From an uncultured Parachlamydiaceae bacterium (lineage in GTDB: Bacteria > Chlamydiota > Chlamydiia > Chlamydiales > Parachlamydiaceae), in the NCBI GenBank assembly GCA_963742415.1, contig CAVULX010000003.1, positions 576,001-640,000 on the forward strand: a stretch of 64,000 nucleotides of DNA, read 5' to 3'. Position 1 is the first letter of the stretch; each line of letters begins with the position of its first letter. Below are positions 28,812 through 38,390 of this stretch, one piece after another. The notes beneath the pieces are model-generated. The model was not told the DNA's origin, made no database searches, and saw only the letters and a list, made by a program, of their open reading frames with translations. The translations under genes were made by a program, and so were the position numbers.

Positions 28812-31723
28812 AAGTCATCGAGTTCCTTTTTTGCCTGTTCGATGGCATAGGAAGAAACAGCAAATTGCCCCTGGAGAAGATTCTTATAAATGGCTTCGGC
28901 AGCTTCGGTCTTGGCTTTTTGTTCAAGAGCATTCCCTTTTTTTTCTGCCGCCTTAGCTTCGAGCTTCAACAGGTGTGCCTCAACAAGCATCATATAAGCT
29001 TGATAAATCAGGTCTTTTTCAGGATAAGATTCCCGACTTGCATTGTAATCTTTAGACCACAAATCCTCTTTATTTGAAAATTCTTCTTTCATTCGGGTCA
29101 ATAAAAAGTAGCGCATCTCCTGTTGTTTTTCTAAAGGCTCTAAGGAAGTTCGAATGGCGACATAATCTAAAGCAGCTTCTAAATGGAGAGGTTCGTGAAT
29201 TAATGTTTTTCGTATCTGCAAGTCTTTCAAGGTTTTGAGAATTGTAATGATCTCCTCATCCTCGTCATTCAGTTTTTCTTGAGGCAGGGAGGCAAATGTG
29301 AGGCGGGCCCAATGGAGTTTAGAAGCGTTGGAAATATAGGGGTCGGTTGTTTTGCAATGAGTTGCCAAGCTACAGTAATTATCTAAAGCTTTTGCCATAT
29401 CCCCTTTTAGCCGTAAGGCATTGGCTAGAGCGAATACTGTCCTTGAGGGCAGTGTCCAAGACCATTGAGGATTTTCTTTTTGTTGATTAATTAAATCATT
29501 GAGAAGATTCAATTGAGCTTCTGTTTGATTGACCCATCCATAGAGATTGCTCAGCTTGAATAATTCGTGCTCCAAATAAAGTGTTTCGGGCCTTATGGCG
29601 TCAGATGGAGGCCCGGTGCCGATGTCGAAGGCATTTTCATAGATGACGACACCTTTTTGCGCCAATTTCAAAATGTCTATATTTTCAAGAGGCTCGATCG
29701 TATATTCATTGCTCAGGGTTTTAACTTTGTTATAATAGTAGTTTGCTAACCACAGCTGGTTTTCAAATTTGATTTTTTCAGGATCCGTCCCTAAAACATG
29801 GTAGAGGTGCTCAGCAGCTTTGTCAAAATAGGGATTTTCTGTTTCCGCTTGGATCTCCTCCTCGGGCTGAGTTAAACGCAAACAAGTGCTAAACAGATTT
29901 AGGCGGAGCTTGCATTGATCGGAAAAATGGGGATTTAGAATTAAAACCTGTTCAGCATGGCGGACAAAGTTTGCGAGGTCTTGTTTCCCTTCGTGGTAGC
30001 ATGTGGCCATGAGAAGATGGGCTTGAAATAATTGAGGATCTTCAGGATGGTTTTCCACATATTCGTTGAGTGTGTCGATGGCTTTTTGGTGCTCTTTTAG
30101 ATCATACCATGTTTTCGCTATTTTCAAAAGGTAGCGAGGACGTTGTTCCGTTTTTATGGCCTCAGGGTAGTCTAAAGCTGCTTGCATCTCTTCCAATAGT
30201 TGTTGCCGTAATTCAAGGTTTTCATTAAGGCCAGTTTCATCCATCATTTGGAGGGTCACATTTGGAAGATATTGATAGGCAATATGAACGAGAGAGCTAT
30301 CGGGATAGCTTTGAATAAAGTTTTTAAAAATTGCGCGGCTGTCGTCCCACCGTTTCATTCTTAGCAAAACAATCCCCTTTTCAAAAAGAAGATGGTCTGC
30401 TCCCTCATATTTGGGGAAGGCTCGGATTGTTTTCTCGAGCGTGTTGAGAGATTGATGCAGATCCCCCTGATTCTTGTAAGCCGTTGCGAGAAAATATAAT
30501 ACTTTGGGTAAATCGGGATCGGAGGGGAAGATGTTTTCAAATCGGTTTGCAAGGTGCTCTACTTGAGGCAAATTGTTTGTATGGTAGTAGCTTGTAAGCA
30601 AGGTTAATAAAATATCTTTTTCAAAGGAAGTATCGTGATGGGGAAATTGGGTAGAATCTTTAAAAAAGGGTTCCAGCAGAGCAATCGTGTTTTCGTGGTC
30701 TCCAAGGTGAAAATAACTGTGCCCTAAATAAAAAGCGAACAGCGGTTGCTTTTCTTTTGCAAGCTGTTGCTTGATGTCCGTTTGTTCTTCAATCAGCTGC
30801 TCGAAAAGGCGTTCGCCGAACAACAGTAATAGCTTATTATAAGCTGCGTCCGCTGATTTTTGGCCGTTCATTTCCATCAGGATCGAATACAAGCGGAGAG
30901 ATTCCTCTGGATCGATCTTCTGCTGTATTTGTGCAGCTTGCCACAGCATCTCTTCCCTTTTGTCTGGAAAGGTGTCAGCTAAATCTAAATAAAGATTGGC
31001 GGCTTGAATAGGATCATCGACCAGGGTGTAAATTTCTGCCAAACCCAGTTTTGCATTCACTGCATGGGGGGAATCTTCCAATAATTCATAATATTCACGA
31101 GCAAGGTCATAGTTGGCTTGAGCTTCGTTGGCGTCAAGATTTTTTTTCCCTTGCTGCAAGAGTCCTTCGGCAAAATAATACATCCACAAAGCTTGCTCGG
31201 GGGATTCTGGCTTTTGCTTTTGGAACTCCATTTTAGAATCAATTTCCCCAGTCAACTCATAATGTTTTTCCAGATGGTATAAACAGTCTAAACGGTTGTT
31301 GAAAACCTTATCTCGGAACAGAGGAGAGGCGATCCGATTATAAGCGTACAATGCTTCTTGATAATTTTGCTCGTTCCAGTAGAGATCTCCCAAAATCACA
31401 AGCAGACTATCGGTATATTCACTCTGGGGGTATTGGTGTAGAAATTTGGTGATTTGCGCTTTGACAATTTTTGGTTCTTTATCTTTCCAGAACTCTAGAA
31501 TACGGCGAACAAATAGGGCTTCTTCTTCGGTGACATTCGAATGGTTCTGCGCGTAAATGGCAAAAGGAAAAAAAACAAGAATAAGATGAAATGAAAATAC
31601 CTGTAGGACAGAATTTATTTTCACAGCTGCTCCTGGAAGTTTCAAACCTGGGCTAAAACAAATTTTAACCCAGGTTAAGAGGGTGTCTATAAATTCAATA
31701 AAGCAATTGAAGTTTATAAACAT
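28808..31723 (-). CDS. Exported tetratricopeptide-repeat protein
   Basis: Multiple TPR-like helices; signal-like segment after probable GTG start near 31624; 4-nt overlap with the VWA gene. Confidence 0.85.
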   Translation of the reverse strand: MFINFNCFIEFIDTLLTWVKICFSPGLKLPGAAVKINSVLQVFSFHLILVFFPFAIYAQNHSNVTEEEALFVRRILEFWKDKEPKIVKAQITKFLHQYPQSEYTDSLLVILGDLYWNEQNYQEALYAYNRIASPLFRDKVFNNRLDCLYHLEKHYELTGEIDSKMEFQKQKPESPEQALWMYYFAEGLLQQGKKNLDANEAQANYDLAREYYELLEDSPHAVNAKLGLAEIYTLVDDPIQAANLYLDLADTFPDKREEMLWQAAQIQQKIDPEESLRLYSILMEMNGQKSADAAYNKLLLLFGERLFEQLIEEQTDIKQQLAKEKQPLFAFYLGHSYFHLGDHENTIALLEPFFKDSTQFPHHDTSFEKDILLTLLTSYYHTNNLPQVEHLANRFENIFPSDPDLPKVLYFLATAYKNQGDLHQSLNTLEKTIRAFPKYEGADHLLFEKGIVLLRMKRWDDSRAIFKNFIQSYPDSSLVHIAYQYLPNVTLQMMDETGLNENLELRQQLLEEMQAALDYPEAIKTEQRPRYLLKIAKTWYDLKEHQKAIDTLNEYVENHPEDPQLFQAHLLMATCYHEGKQDLANFVRHAEQVLILNPHFSDQCKLRLNLFSTCLRLTQPEEEIQAETENPYFDKAAEHLYHVLGTDPEKIKFENQLWLANYYYNKVKTLSNEYTIEPLENIDILKLAQKGVVIYENAFDIGTGPPSDAIRPETLYLEHELFKLSNLYGWVNQTEAQLNLLNDLINQQKENPQWSWTLPSRTVFALANALRLKGDMAKALDNYCSLATHCKTTDPYISNASKLHWARLTFASLPQEKLNDEDEEIITILKTLKDLQIRKTLIHEPLHLEAALDYVAIRTSLEPLEKQQEMRYFLLTRMKEEFSNKEDLWSKDYNASRESYPEKDLIYQAYMMLVEAHLLKLEAKAAEKKGNALEQKAKTEAAEAIYKNLLQGQFAVSSYAIEQAKKELDDL

Positions 31724-31767
31724 CCTCTAAATTTATTTAACCAGTTTATACAACCGAGCATGCGTTT

Positions 31768-33084
31768 TTAAAAGGCATAAATCGCTTCAATTTCAAATTT
31801 CGAATACTTGTGGGAACCGGTAATTTTTTCATCTACAGCGTTCGACCATTCGAGTTGAGTATCAACAGTGATATTATCTGTGAGAGCGTATAAACTTTCA
31901 AAGACCCACCCCTTATAGTTGGTATTTCCACCCGCATTTGGCTTTTGTGTAATACTCTTTCCCAGCACGTTTCCATTGCAAATGCCCGATGCATCGTCAT
32001 CAGGAATAGCAAACGCTTGAACATATTCATAGCGGGCTTCGAAAGACCAATCACCCTCTTTTTCAACCTCGCCGACGACAAAGCCCACATACCAAGCTTT
32101 ATTTTGGTTGCGGACATGGTCTTCCTTGCCCTTTTTAAAATAAAAACGTTCATTATTGAGATGGTTGATGACGAAAGCGCCATAAACAGTGGCCGGCTGG
32201 CATAACATTTCAGCATCAAAGTGATAAGCGACAGTGAATTGGGAGTTCATAAATTTAAACCCTTCGGGATCTCGCGCAAAGCATCGGTTTTTCCCGTTTT
32301 TGACCCAATCGATAAAAGAATATTTAAAATCGAAGCCGCTATCATAGATATTTAAGAAGCCGACCTCCGTGATCCAAGCAAATTGGTTCACCCGCTCATC
32401 GACGACAAAAGTACCAAATGACCAATACCAGTCTGCAATTCCTTCCCAGCAGCTTTTATAGTGGAGATAGATCCCATCGAAACGGCTAAGAAACTGGATT
32501 TTGGAATCAAAAATGTTGTACATATTGCGTCGCCCAATTTCGATATAAAATTCGGTGCAGCCGCATTCGTAAATTTCATAGCCGAAAAAGGCTTTCTTTA
32601 GGCACAAGTTGTCGCAATTTCCGCTTCCGTGATACCCCTCGGGATCCTTTTTACAAGAAACACCATTATTATCGACACCAGCCGTGTTGTCGTATTGAAC
32701 ATGTGCTGTGGCCCAGGTGCGGTCGGCATCGTAATCGATCCGGAAATTGAATTCGATATCAAAGTCATTGCGGGAAATGGGTAATCCGGTGTCGGGTATC
32801 TTTGTAGTTGTTGCATTGCCGCCGCGGAGACTTCTGCCTCGTACATCTTCGGTTAGATGGCGCCATTCCAGCCGTACGTCGCCGCTGAGAGTGATATCTT
32901 TAGCTTTTTGTTGAAGATCCTCTTCCCGTTTTGTTTTAAGAAAGTCTCTCAAGGAATCAAAATCTCTTTCATTCAATTCTTCGGTAAACCTATGGGTGTC
33001 TTGCTCACGTTCATCATTGTCTATGCATTCAGCATAGGAGGCGTATCCTAGTGCGGCTATGAGCAGTATCAAAATTTTTTTCAT
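31768..33084 (-). CDS. Outer-membrane beta-barrel protein, porin-like, Cys-rich
   Basis: Signal peptide, alternating aromatic strands and C-terminal EIEAIYAF. Confidence 0.8.
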   Translation of the reverse strand: MKKILILLIAALGYASYAECIDNDEREQDTHRFTEELNERDFDSLRDFLKTKREEDLQQKAKDITLSGDVRLEWRHLTEDVRGRSLRGGNATTTKIPDTGLPISRNDFDIEFNFRIDYDADRTWATAHVQYDNTAGVDNNGVSCKKDPEGYHGSGNCDNLCLKKAFFGYEIYECGCTEFYIEIGRRNMYNIFDSKIQFLSRFDGIYLHYKSCWEGIADWYWSFGTFVVDERVNQFAWITEVGFLNIYDSGFDFKYSFIDWVKNGKNRCFARDPEGFKFMNSQFTVAYHFDAEMLCQPATVYGAFVINHLNNERFYFKKGKEDHVRNQNKAWYVGFVVGEVEKEGDWSFEARYEYVQAFAIPDDDASGICNGNVLGKSITQKPNAGGNTNYKGWVFESLYALTDNITVDTQLEWSNAVDEKITGSHKYSKFEIEAIYAF

Positions 33085-33442
33085 TTGTTGTCTCCATTAT
33101 GTGTATCGCGTATATTTTCCGCTGGAGTCAATCGGCAAAGTTATGCTAAGAGTATTGTCTCATTATAAAAACCGTTTTTTTTCTGTAAAATGTTTCAATA
33201 TTAATTTATGAAACTTTTATTGATAGCGTTCGTCGTGAAACCGAAAGCCTGAAGATAGAAGCGATTTTACATAAAAAAGACCGATTGAACTTCGTAGTCT
33301 TAATTATTTAAAGCTTTTATTCGTTTTCGTCAATAGCAATTGTTTAGGAATTAAACAAACTTGAATTCAAATGGGGGTCAAAACTGTAATAAAGATAATC
33401 GAAAGGCACTGTTGCATAAATATACCGAAAGTGACAGAGTGG

Positions 33443-35194
33443 TTAACTTCGCAAGGGCAAAAGGAGTGTAAATGTTGTTCCTTTACCGAGTTCGGATGCA
33501 ATTGAAACGCGGCCAAAGTGTTTTTCGATAATTGTTTTTACGATGGAAAGTCCTAAGCCTGAGCCCCCCATTTTTCTTGAGTGGGCTTTATCTACCGTAT
33601 AGAATTTTTCGAATATATGTTCTAAATCAGCGGCAGGAATCCCTATCCCTTGGTCTGCTACTAAGATCTTTACCCAGGGGTCTGCCATTTCCATGATCAC
33701 GTCAATTTTAGCAGGTTGGGTCGAATATTTGGCAGCGTTTTCGATCAAATTAATCAGGGCGAGCTCCATGAGTTGTGGATCTGCGATGAGGTGGATCCCT
33801 TGTTTAGTCACATCATGGATATTGATCTGGGCGTCGGGGTGGATATTTAAAACAAAATCGCGGCAGGTTTCGGCGATTTTGATCATGTCGCAAACTTCGA
33901 GCCGTGATTCGGGGATATTTTCAATATCGGATAAAGTTAATAGATCTTTGATTAAGTTCGTCATCCGTTGGCAGTTTGAGACAATTTTGTGTGTAATTTC
34001 AGCAATCGTTTCTTTGGGCAAGTCGGGATTATCATGCAATGTTTCTGCAAAGCCGCGAATGATGGTGATCGGTGTTTTAAGTTCATGCGAAGCGTTGGCT
34101 ACGAAATCTTTTCTCATTTCCAAAATACGGTAGTGGGAGGTTTTATCTTGTAAAACCAAGATTGCGCCGGTGTCATCTTTTTTAGGTGCGGCGACAATGT
34201 CTAAGTAGATTTTTGGGCCTTTGTCTTCAATGATAAGGGTTTCAATGCAAGGGCTTTGCGCGATCTGACATTCGGTTAATAGGGAAAGGCATTTATTTTG
34301 ATTAGTGACACTGAAACTGTGGCCTAATAATTCTAAAGAAGGTTTGTGGAGTATTTTGACGGCGGTTTGATTGACATAGGTGATCACCATATTTTTGTCG
34401 ATAGCAATCACCCCTTCAATCAACGATTCGAGAATGGCCTCTTTTTCGTTTCTTTCGCTTGTCAATGTGTTGATTTGCTTTTGAAGCTTTGCAGAAAGGG
34501 AGTTTAATGTGGTTGCTAATTTTGAAAATTCATCTCCGGGGCTAACGTTGATTTTTATTTCAGGCAGTGTTGTTTCATAACCTTCAGAGTAGGGTGTAAC
34601 AGCATTGATGATTTGGGCAATCGGTTTTGTCAGGTAGTTGATGATGAACCATGTCATGGTGCTGAAAAGCAATAGTACAATGGTCGCAACAGCGATAATG
34701 CCGATTTCAAAATCTTGGGTGAGTTCGACAACATATTTGTAGGGAAATGCTGTGCGCATGATGTAGGTTTTGCCATGAAAGTCGAAAGACTTGGCAAAGT
34801 AGGAAAATTTTTGTCCCAGCAATTCGGAAAAGTCTTCGTTATAGCCAAACCCTGTTTCAAAGGCTTCGATCACTTCAGGGTGGTCAACAACATATTCTTG
34901 ACTAAACCGTGGGCCTAACAGGCGCTTGGTATGGGAGTCATATAAAACTTTCCGTTCATCGGTGATCACGCTTACGCGGAAAAAGATAAGAGGTTTTTGT
35001 TCTTTTAATCTTCGAATTAAGGCGTCATTGTTAGGAGCGGATTGGATTTTCTCAATCAACTCATCTGCTCGGTCTCTCATCGATTTGATCGCAATCCGCA
35101 TCACGGTATTTGAGGCGAAGGGGATCATGAGGCCGATAAAGATGACGAAGACGAAGATGTAACTTAATAATATTTTTTGTCTGAAACTAAACAT
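33443..35194 (-). CDS. PhoR-like sensor histidine kinase (TM, HAMP, PAS, HisKA, HATPase)
   Basis: FVANASHELKTP, NLIENAAKY, DQGIGI and GSGLGL motifs. Confidence 0.92.
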   Translation of the reverse strand: MFSFRQKILLSYIFVFVIFIGLMIPFASNTVMRIAIKSMRDRADELIEKIQSAPNNDALIRRLKEQKPLIFFRVSVITDERKVLYDSHTKRLLGPRFSQEYVVDHPEVIEAFETGFGYNEDFSELLGQKFSYFAKSFDFHGKTYIMRTAFPYKYVVELTQDFEIGIIAVATIVLLLFSTMTWFIINYLTKPIAQIINAVTPYSEGYETTLPEIKINVSPGDEFSKLATTLNSLSAKLQKQINTLTSERNEKEAILESLIEGVIAIDKNMVITYVNQTAVKILHKPSLELLGHSFSVTNQNKCLSLLTECQIAQSPCIETLIIEDKGPKIYLDIVAAPKKDDTGAILVLQDKTSHYRILEMRKDFVANASHELKTPITIIRGFAETLHDNPDLPKETIAEITHKIVSNCQRMTNLIKDLLTLSDIENIPESRLEVCDMIKIAETCRDFVLNIHPDAQINIHDVTKQGIHLIADPQLMELALINLIENAAKYSTQPAKIDVIMEMADPWVKILVADQGIGIPAADLEHIFEKFYTVDKAHSRKMGGSGLGLSIVKTIIEKHFGRVSIASELGKGTTFTLLLPLRS

Positions 35195-35272
35195 AAGTAA
35201 GTGTAAATAAAATTTAATTTTAGCAAAAACTGTATTATAACACAACTACTGTTGATTTCAGTTTGAATGTTA

Positions 35273-36364
35273 TTAAATTATTAAAGGAGTTGTGGACCTT
35301 TTGGTTAAACTTTCCTGTCCCTGTGCGGTAATTTCAATGGTATCTTCTATTCTGACACCCCCAATTCCTGGCAGATAGATGCCGGGTTCAATGGTGAACA
35401 CCATGCCTGGTTGTAGAAGGATCTCATTATAAGGAGGTTTATTGCGGATAAAAGGGGGCTCGTGGATTTCCAAACCAATATTATGTCCGGTGCTATGTCC
35501 AAAATATTTGTTGTAACCGTATTTGTCGATGATACCGCGGGCGGTTTGGTCGATCTCTCCTATTGGCACGCCTGGACGGCAATGTGCAATCGCCTGCTGG
35601 TGGGCTTCTTCGACTATAGCATAAATTTCCTGCATTTTTGGATGGGGTTCCCCAAAAAAGACCACCCGAGTCATATCTGAGAAATAATGGTTTAGGCTAA
35701 CGCCTATATCGATCAAAACGGCCATTCCCCTCTTTAAGGTCGTTGAACCCGCTCGGTAATGGGGCATAGAGCTATTGGATCCAAAAGCAATGATTGGCTC
35801 AAAAGCGACGTTTCTCCCCTTTCGTTGTTTCCAAAAAATTTCAAGCTCGATGGCGACATCGATTTCCGATTTACCCTCTTTAAGGCGAGTGCAAACATAG
35901 TCAAATCCTTCGGCGCAGAGGGCTGCTGAGGCGTGCAACAGAGATAGTTCGTCTGTGTCTTTGATCATCCGGAGTTGCTTGATAGGACTCTCCACGGCGA
36001 CAAATCGGATGGAACAGCTGGATTCTAAAGAGCTTTGCAACAGATGAAATTTTTTGTAGGAGACAATATCCCCATCGATGCCGATTGTTTTGATCGCCTG
36101 CATTTCAGGGGAAGAGAGCAGCTTAGAAAGAGGAGTTGTATCTGATAAGATCACGGAATACAGCGACTGTTTTTTGCAAAGCTCCTCATAGCGGTTGTCG
36201 ACAAGCAAAATTCCAGAAGAAGGGGTCACCAATAAGGTTCCTGAGCTCAATGAAAGACCTGTCATATAATATAAGTTGATGGGGTCATCAATGAGGAACG
36301 CATCGCATTGGATTGCGGGCAATTGTTGCTGGAGCCTAAGCAAGCGACCTTGAAAGTTCATCAT
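35273..36364 (-). CDS. pepP: Xaa-Pro aminopeptidase (M24B)
   Basis: SDMTR, GHSTGHNIGLEIHE, TIEPGIY and GVRIED motifs. Confidence 0.92.
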   Translation of the reverse strand: MMNFQGRLLRLQQQLPAIQCDAFLIDDPINLYYMTGLSLSSGTLLVTPSSGILLVDNRYEELCKKQSLYSVILSDTTPLSKLLSSPEMQAIKTIGIDGDIVSYKKFHLLQSSLESSCSIRFVAVESPIKQLRMIKDTDELSLLHASAALCAEGFDYVCTRLKEGKSEIDVAIELEIFWKQRKGRNVAFEPIIAFGSNSSMPHYRAGSTTLKRGMAVLIDIGVSLNHYFSDMTRVVFFGEPHPKMQEIYAIVEEAHQQAIAHCRPGVPIGEIDQTARGIIDKYGYNKYFGHSTGHNIGLEIHEPPFIRNKPPYNEILLQPGMVFTIEPGIYLPGIGGVRIEDTIEITAQGQESLTKRSTTPLII

Positions 36365-38208
36365 ACACCTTTAGTTTGAAATTGCTTGGCCAGGTCATCA
36401 ACGGAGATTTGTATGATGGTCGGCTTTCCGTATGGGCATTGGAAGGGAAATTGACACTTCATGAGTTGATCGACCAAAGATTGAGCTTCTTCAACTGAAA
36501 GAAAACGGCTTTTATGGATGGCTGCCCGGCTAGCTGCAGCAGCCGCGGATCTCTTTTGCTCTTTTTGAAATGCCTTAGGATCAGGTTGTTCACTCATGAT
36601 TTTTAATAAATCCAGCATGAGAGCTCCGACATCGCTATCCTCAAAAGCTTGTGGAATGGCATCGACCAGAAAAGTATGGGATCCGAATTCTTTGATGGCA
36701 ATGCCGAGGGAATTCAAACTCTCCAAATGTTGTTTCAAGATAGCGGCTTCAATAGGGGAGGTTTCGAGCGTGTAGGGCAAAAGTAATTGTTGAATGCTGG
36801 AAGAGTCATTTTTTTGGTTGTCAAGCTTTTCGAAAATGACTCGTGAATGGGCGCATTTTTGATCGATGACACATAATCCATCTTTCGAAAAGATGGGCAA
36901 TTTTTTGGATTCTACGAGGATGTAGCCTGGAAGGGTAGAAAAAACTTTTGGGGTTAAACAGATATTTTCTTGTCTAGGGGTCTCCTTGAAAAGCCAAGGC
37001 TCGGTCGATCTGGGTTGAGGTTTAGGCGGAGGAGACCAGATCTCACATTCTTGTTTGAATAATCCTTTTGAATTTTCGTTGCTGATATGTGTTTGTGTCT
37101 TAGGCGAGGGATCAGGATCACAGTTCTGGAATGGGGGTGGAGAAAAATCAAACGAGACCGGTTCTAAATGGGTAATTGGGGAAGCGCCTGCATTTGCTAA
37201 AGCCTTCTCAACACCTTGAGAAATCAATTCTTTGATAAGATGATCTTGCCTTAACCGGACCTCCCGTTTTTGGGGATGGACATTCACATCGACTAGAGAA
37301 CCCGGCAGAGTAATGTGAAGGACATAGAGGGGGTGTCTATTGGCTGCAAGGGTAGGTCCGTAGCCGTCGCGGATAGCGTAAGAAATCAAGGGGGAGTAGA
37401 CAGCTCTTCGATTAATAAAAAGATATTGCCCTGTGCGGTTGTGCCTCGTACAAAAAGGGAGGCCGATATAGCCGCACAGTTGGATGTTGTCTTTGGCTTC
37501 TTCTAGCTGACTTAACCCTGCATAAAAATCATTTCCCAAAACAGCTTGAATCCGTTCCCCTAACTGTTCTGTGAAAGTCGTATGGAGAGAGAGGGGCGCA
37601 TTGAGAACATTTTCCATGTTGCTTATTAGCTGAAATCGGATATGGGGATTGCCTAGAGAAAGGAGGGTGAGAATTTTGAGGATTTCAGCCCCGTCGTAAG
37701 CAGGGGATTTTTGAAATTTACGTCTGACAGGCACGTTAAAAAAAAGAGATTTGACTTCGATCGTTGTTCCGTGTGCACATTCTGCCGGGCAGGAACGGAG
37801 GATGTTGCCCCCGTCGACCAGGACCATTGTCCCCGGGTTCGCTTTTCCATCCTCTGGTTTTGGACGAGTCAGCAGCATGAACTTTGAGATGGAGGCGATA
37901 GAGGGGATCGCTTCCCCACGGAAACCCATGGAATCCAAGGCATTGAGGTCATCGACTTCCCGTATTTTTGATGTTGCGTGCCGTTCAAGGCAGAGAAGCG
38001 CATCATCAGCAGACATCCCGCAACCGTTATCGATGACACGGATGAGTTGCCTTCCTCCCCCTTTGATTTCGACGCAGATCTCTGTGGCTCCCGCATCCAT
38101 GGAATTTTCGACCAGTTCTTTGACGACCGAAGCAGGATTTTCAATGACTTCCCCTGCCGCGATTTTGTTGATTGTGTGATCGGACAGGACGCGAATTTTT
38201 GATCCCAT
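36361..38208 (-). CDS. mutL: DNA mismatch repair protein MutL
   Basis: IAAGEVIE, GFRGEA, VDVNVHPQK and CPYGKP motifs. Confidence 0.97.
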   Translation of the reverse strand: MGSKIRVLSDHTINKIAAGEVIENPASVVKELVENSMDAGATEICVEIKGGGRQLIRVIDNGCGMSADDALLCLERHATSKIREVDDLNALDSMGFRGEAIPSIASISKFMLLTRPKPEDGKANPGTMVLVDGGNILRSCPAECAHGTTIEVKSLFFNVPVRRKFQKSPAYDGAEILKILTLLSLGNPHIRFQLISNMENVLNAPLSLHTTFTEQLGERIQAVLGNDFYAGLSQLEEAKDNIQLCGYIGLPFCTRHNRTGQYLFINRRAVYSPLISYAIRDGYGPTLAANRHPLYVLHITLPGSLVDVNVHPQKREVRLRQDHLIKELISQGVEKALANAGASPITHLEPVSFDFSPPPFQNCDPDPSPKTQTHISNENSKGLFKQECEIWSPPPKPQPRSTEPWLFKETPRQENICLTPKVFSTLPGYILVESKKLPIFSKDGLCVIDQKCAHSRVIFEKLDNQKNDSSSIQQLLLPYTLETSPIEAAILKQHLESLNSLGIAIKEFGSHTFLVDAIPQAFEDSDVGALMLDLLKIMSEQPDPKAFQKEQKRSAAAAASRAAIHKSRFLSVEEAQSLVDQLMKCQFPFQCPYGKPTIIQISVDDLAKQFQTKGV

Positions 38209-38390
38209 TTTATTCTCTATAGGAATTTGTGTTTATTATACGGATCGTGGCCAAAGATGTACAATCTAATCCGTGATCCGGGAAAAGAGGGGGGCAATTA
38301 AAAGCATGCATCAAAATCATTTTTTTAATAATATGCACCTTTGGTTTTTTTATTGATCCTGTTTTGCCATCTTCAAGAGGTTTTAGAAGG

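Noticed and set aside
33085-33440. Possible ncRNA or riboswitch upstream of the porin-like gene
   Set aside because: No convincing structure or recognisable consensus
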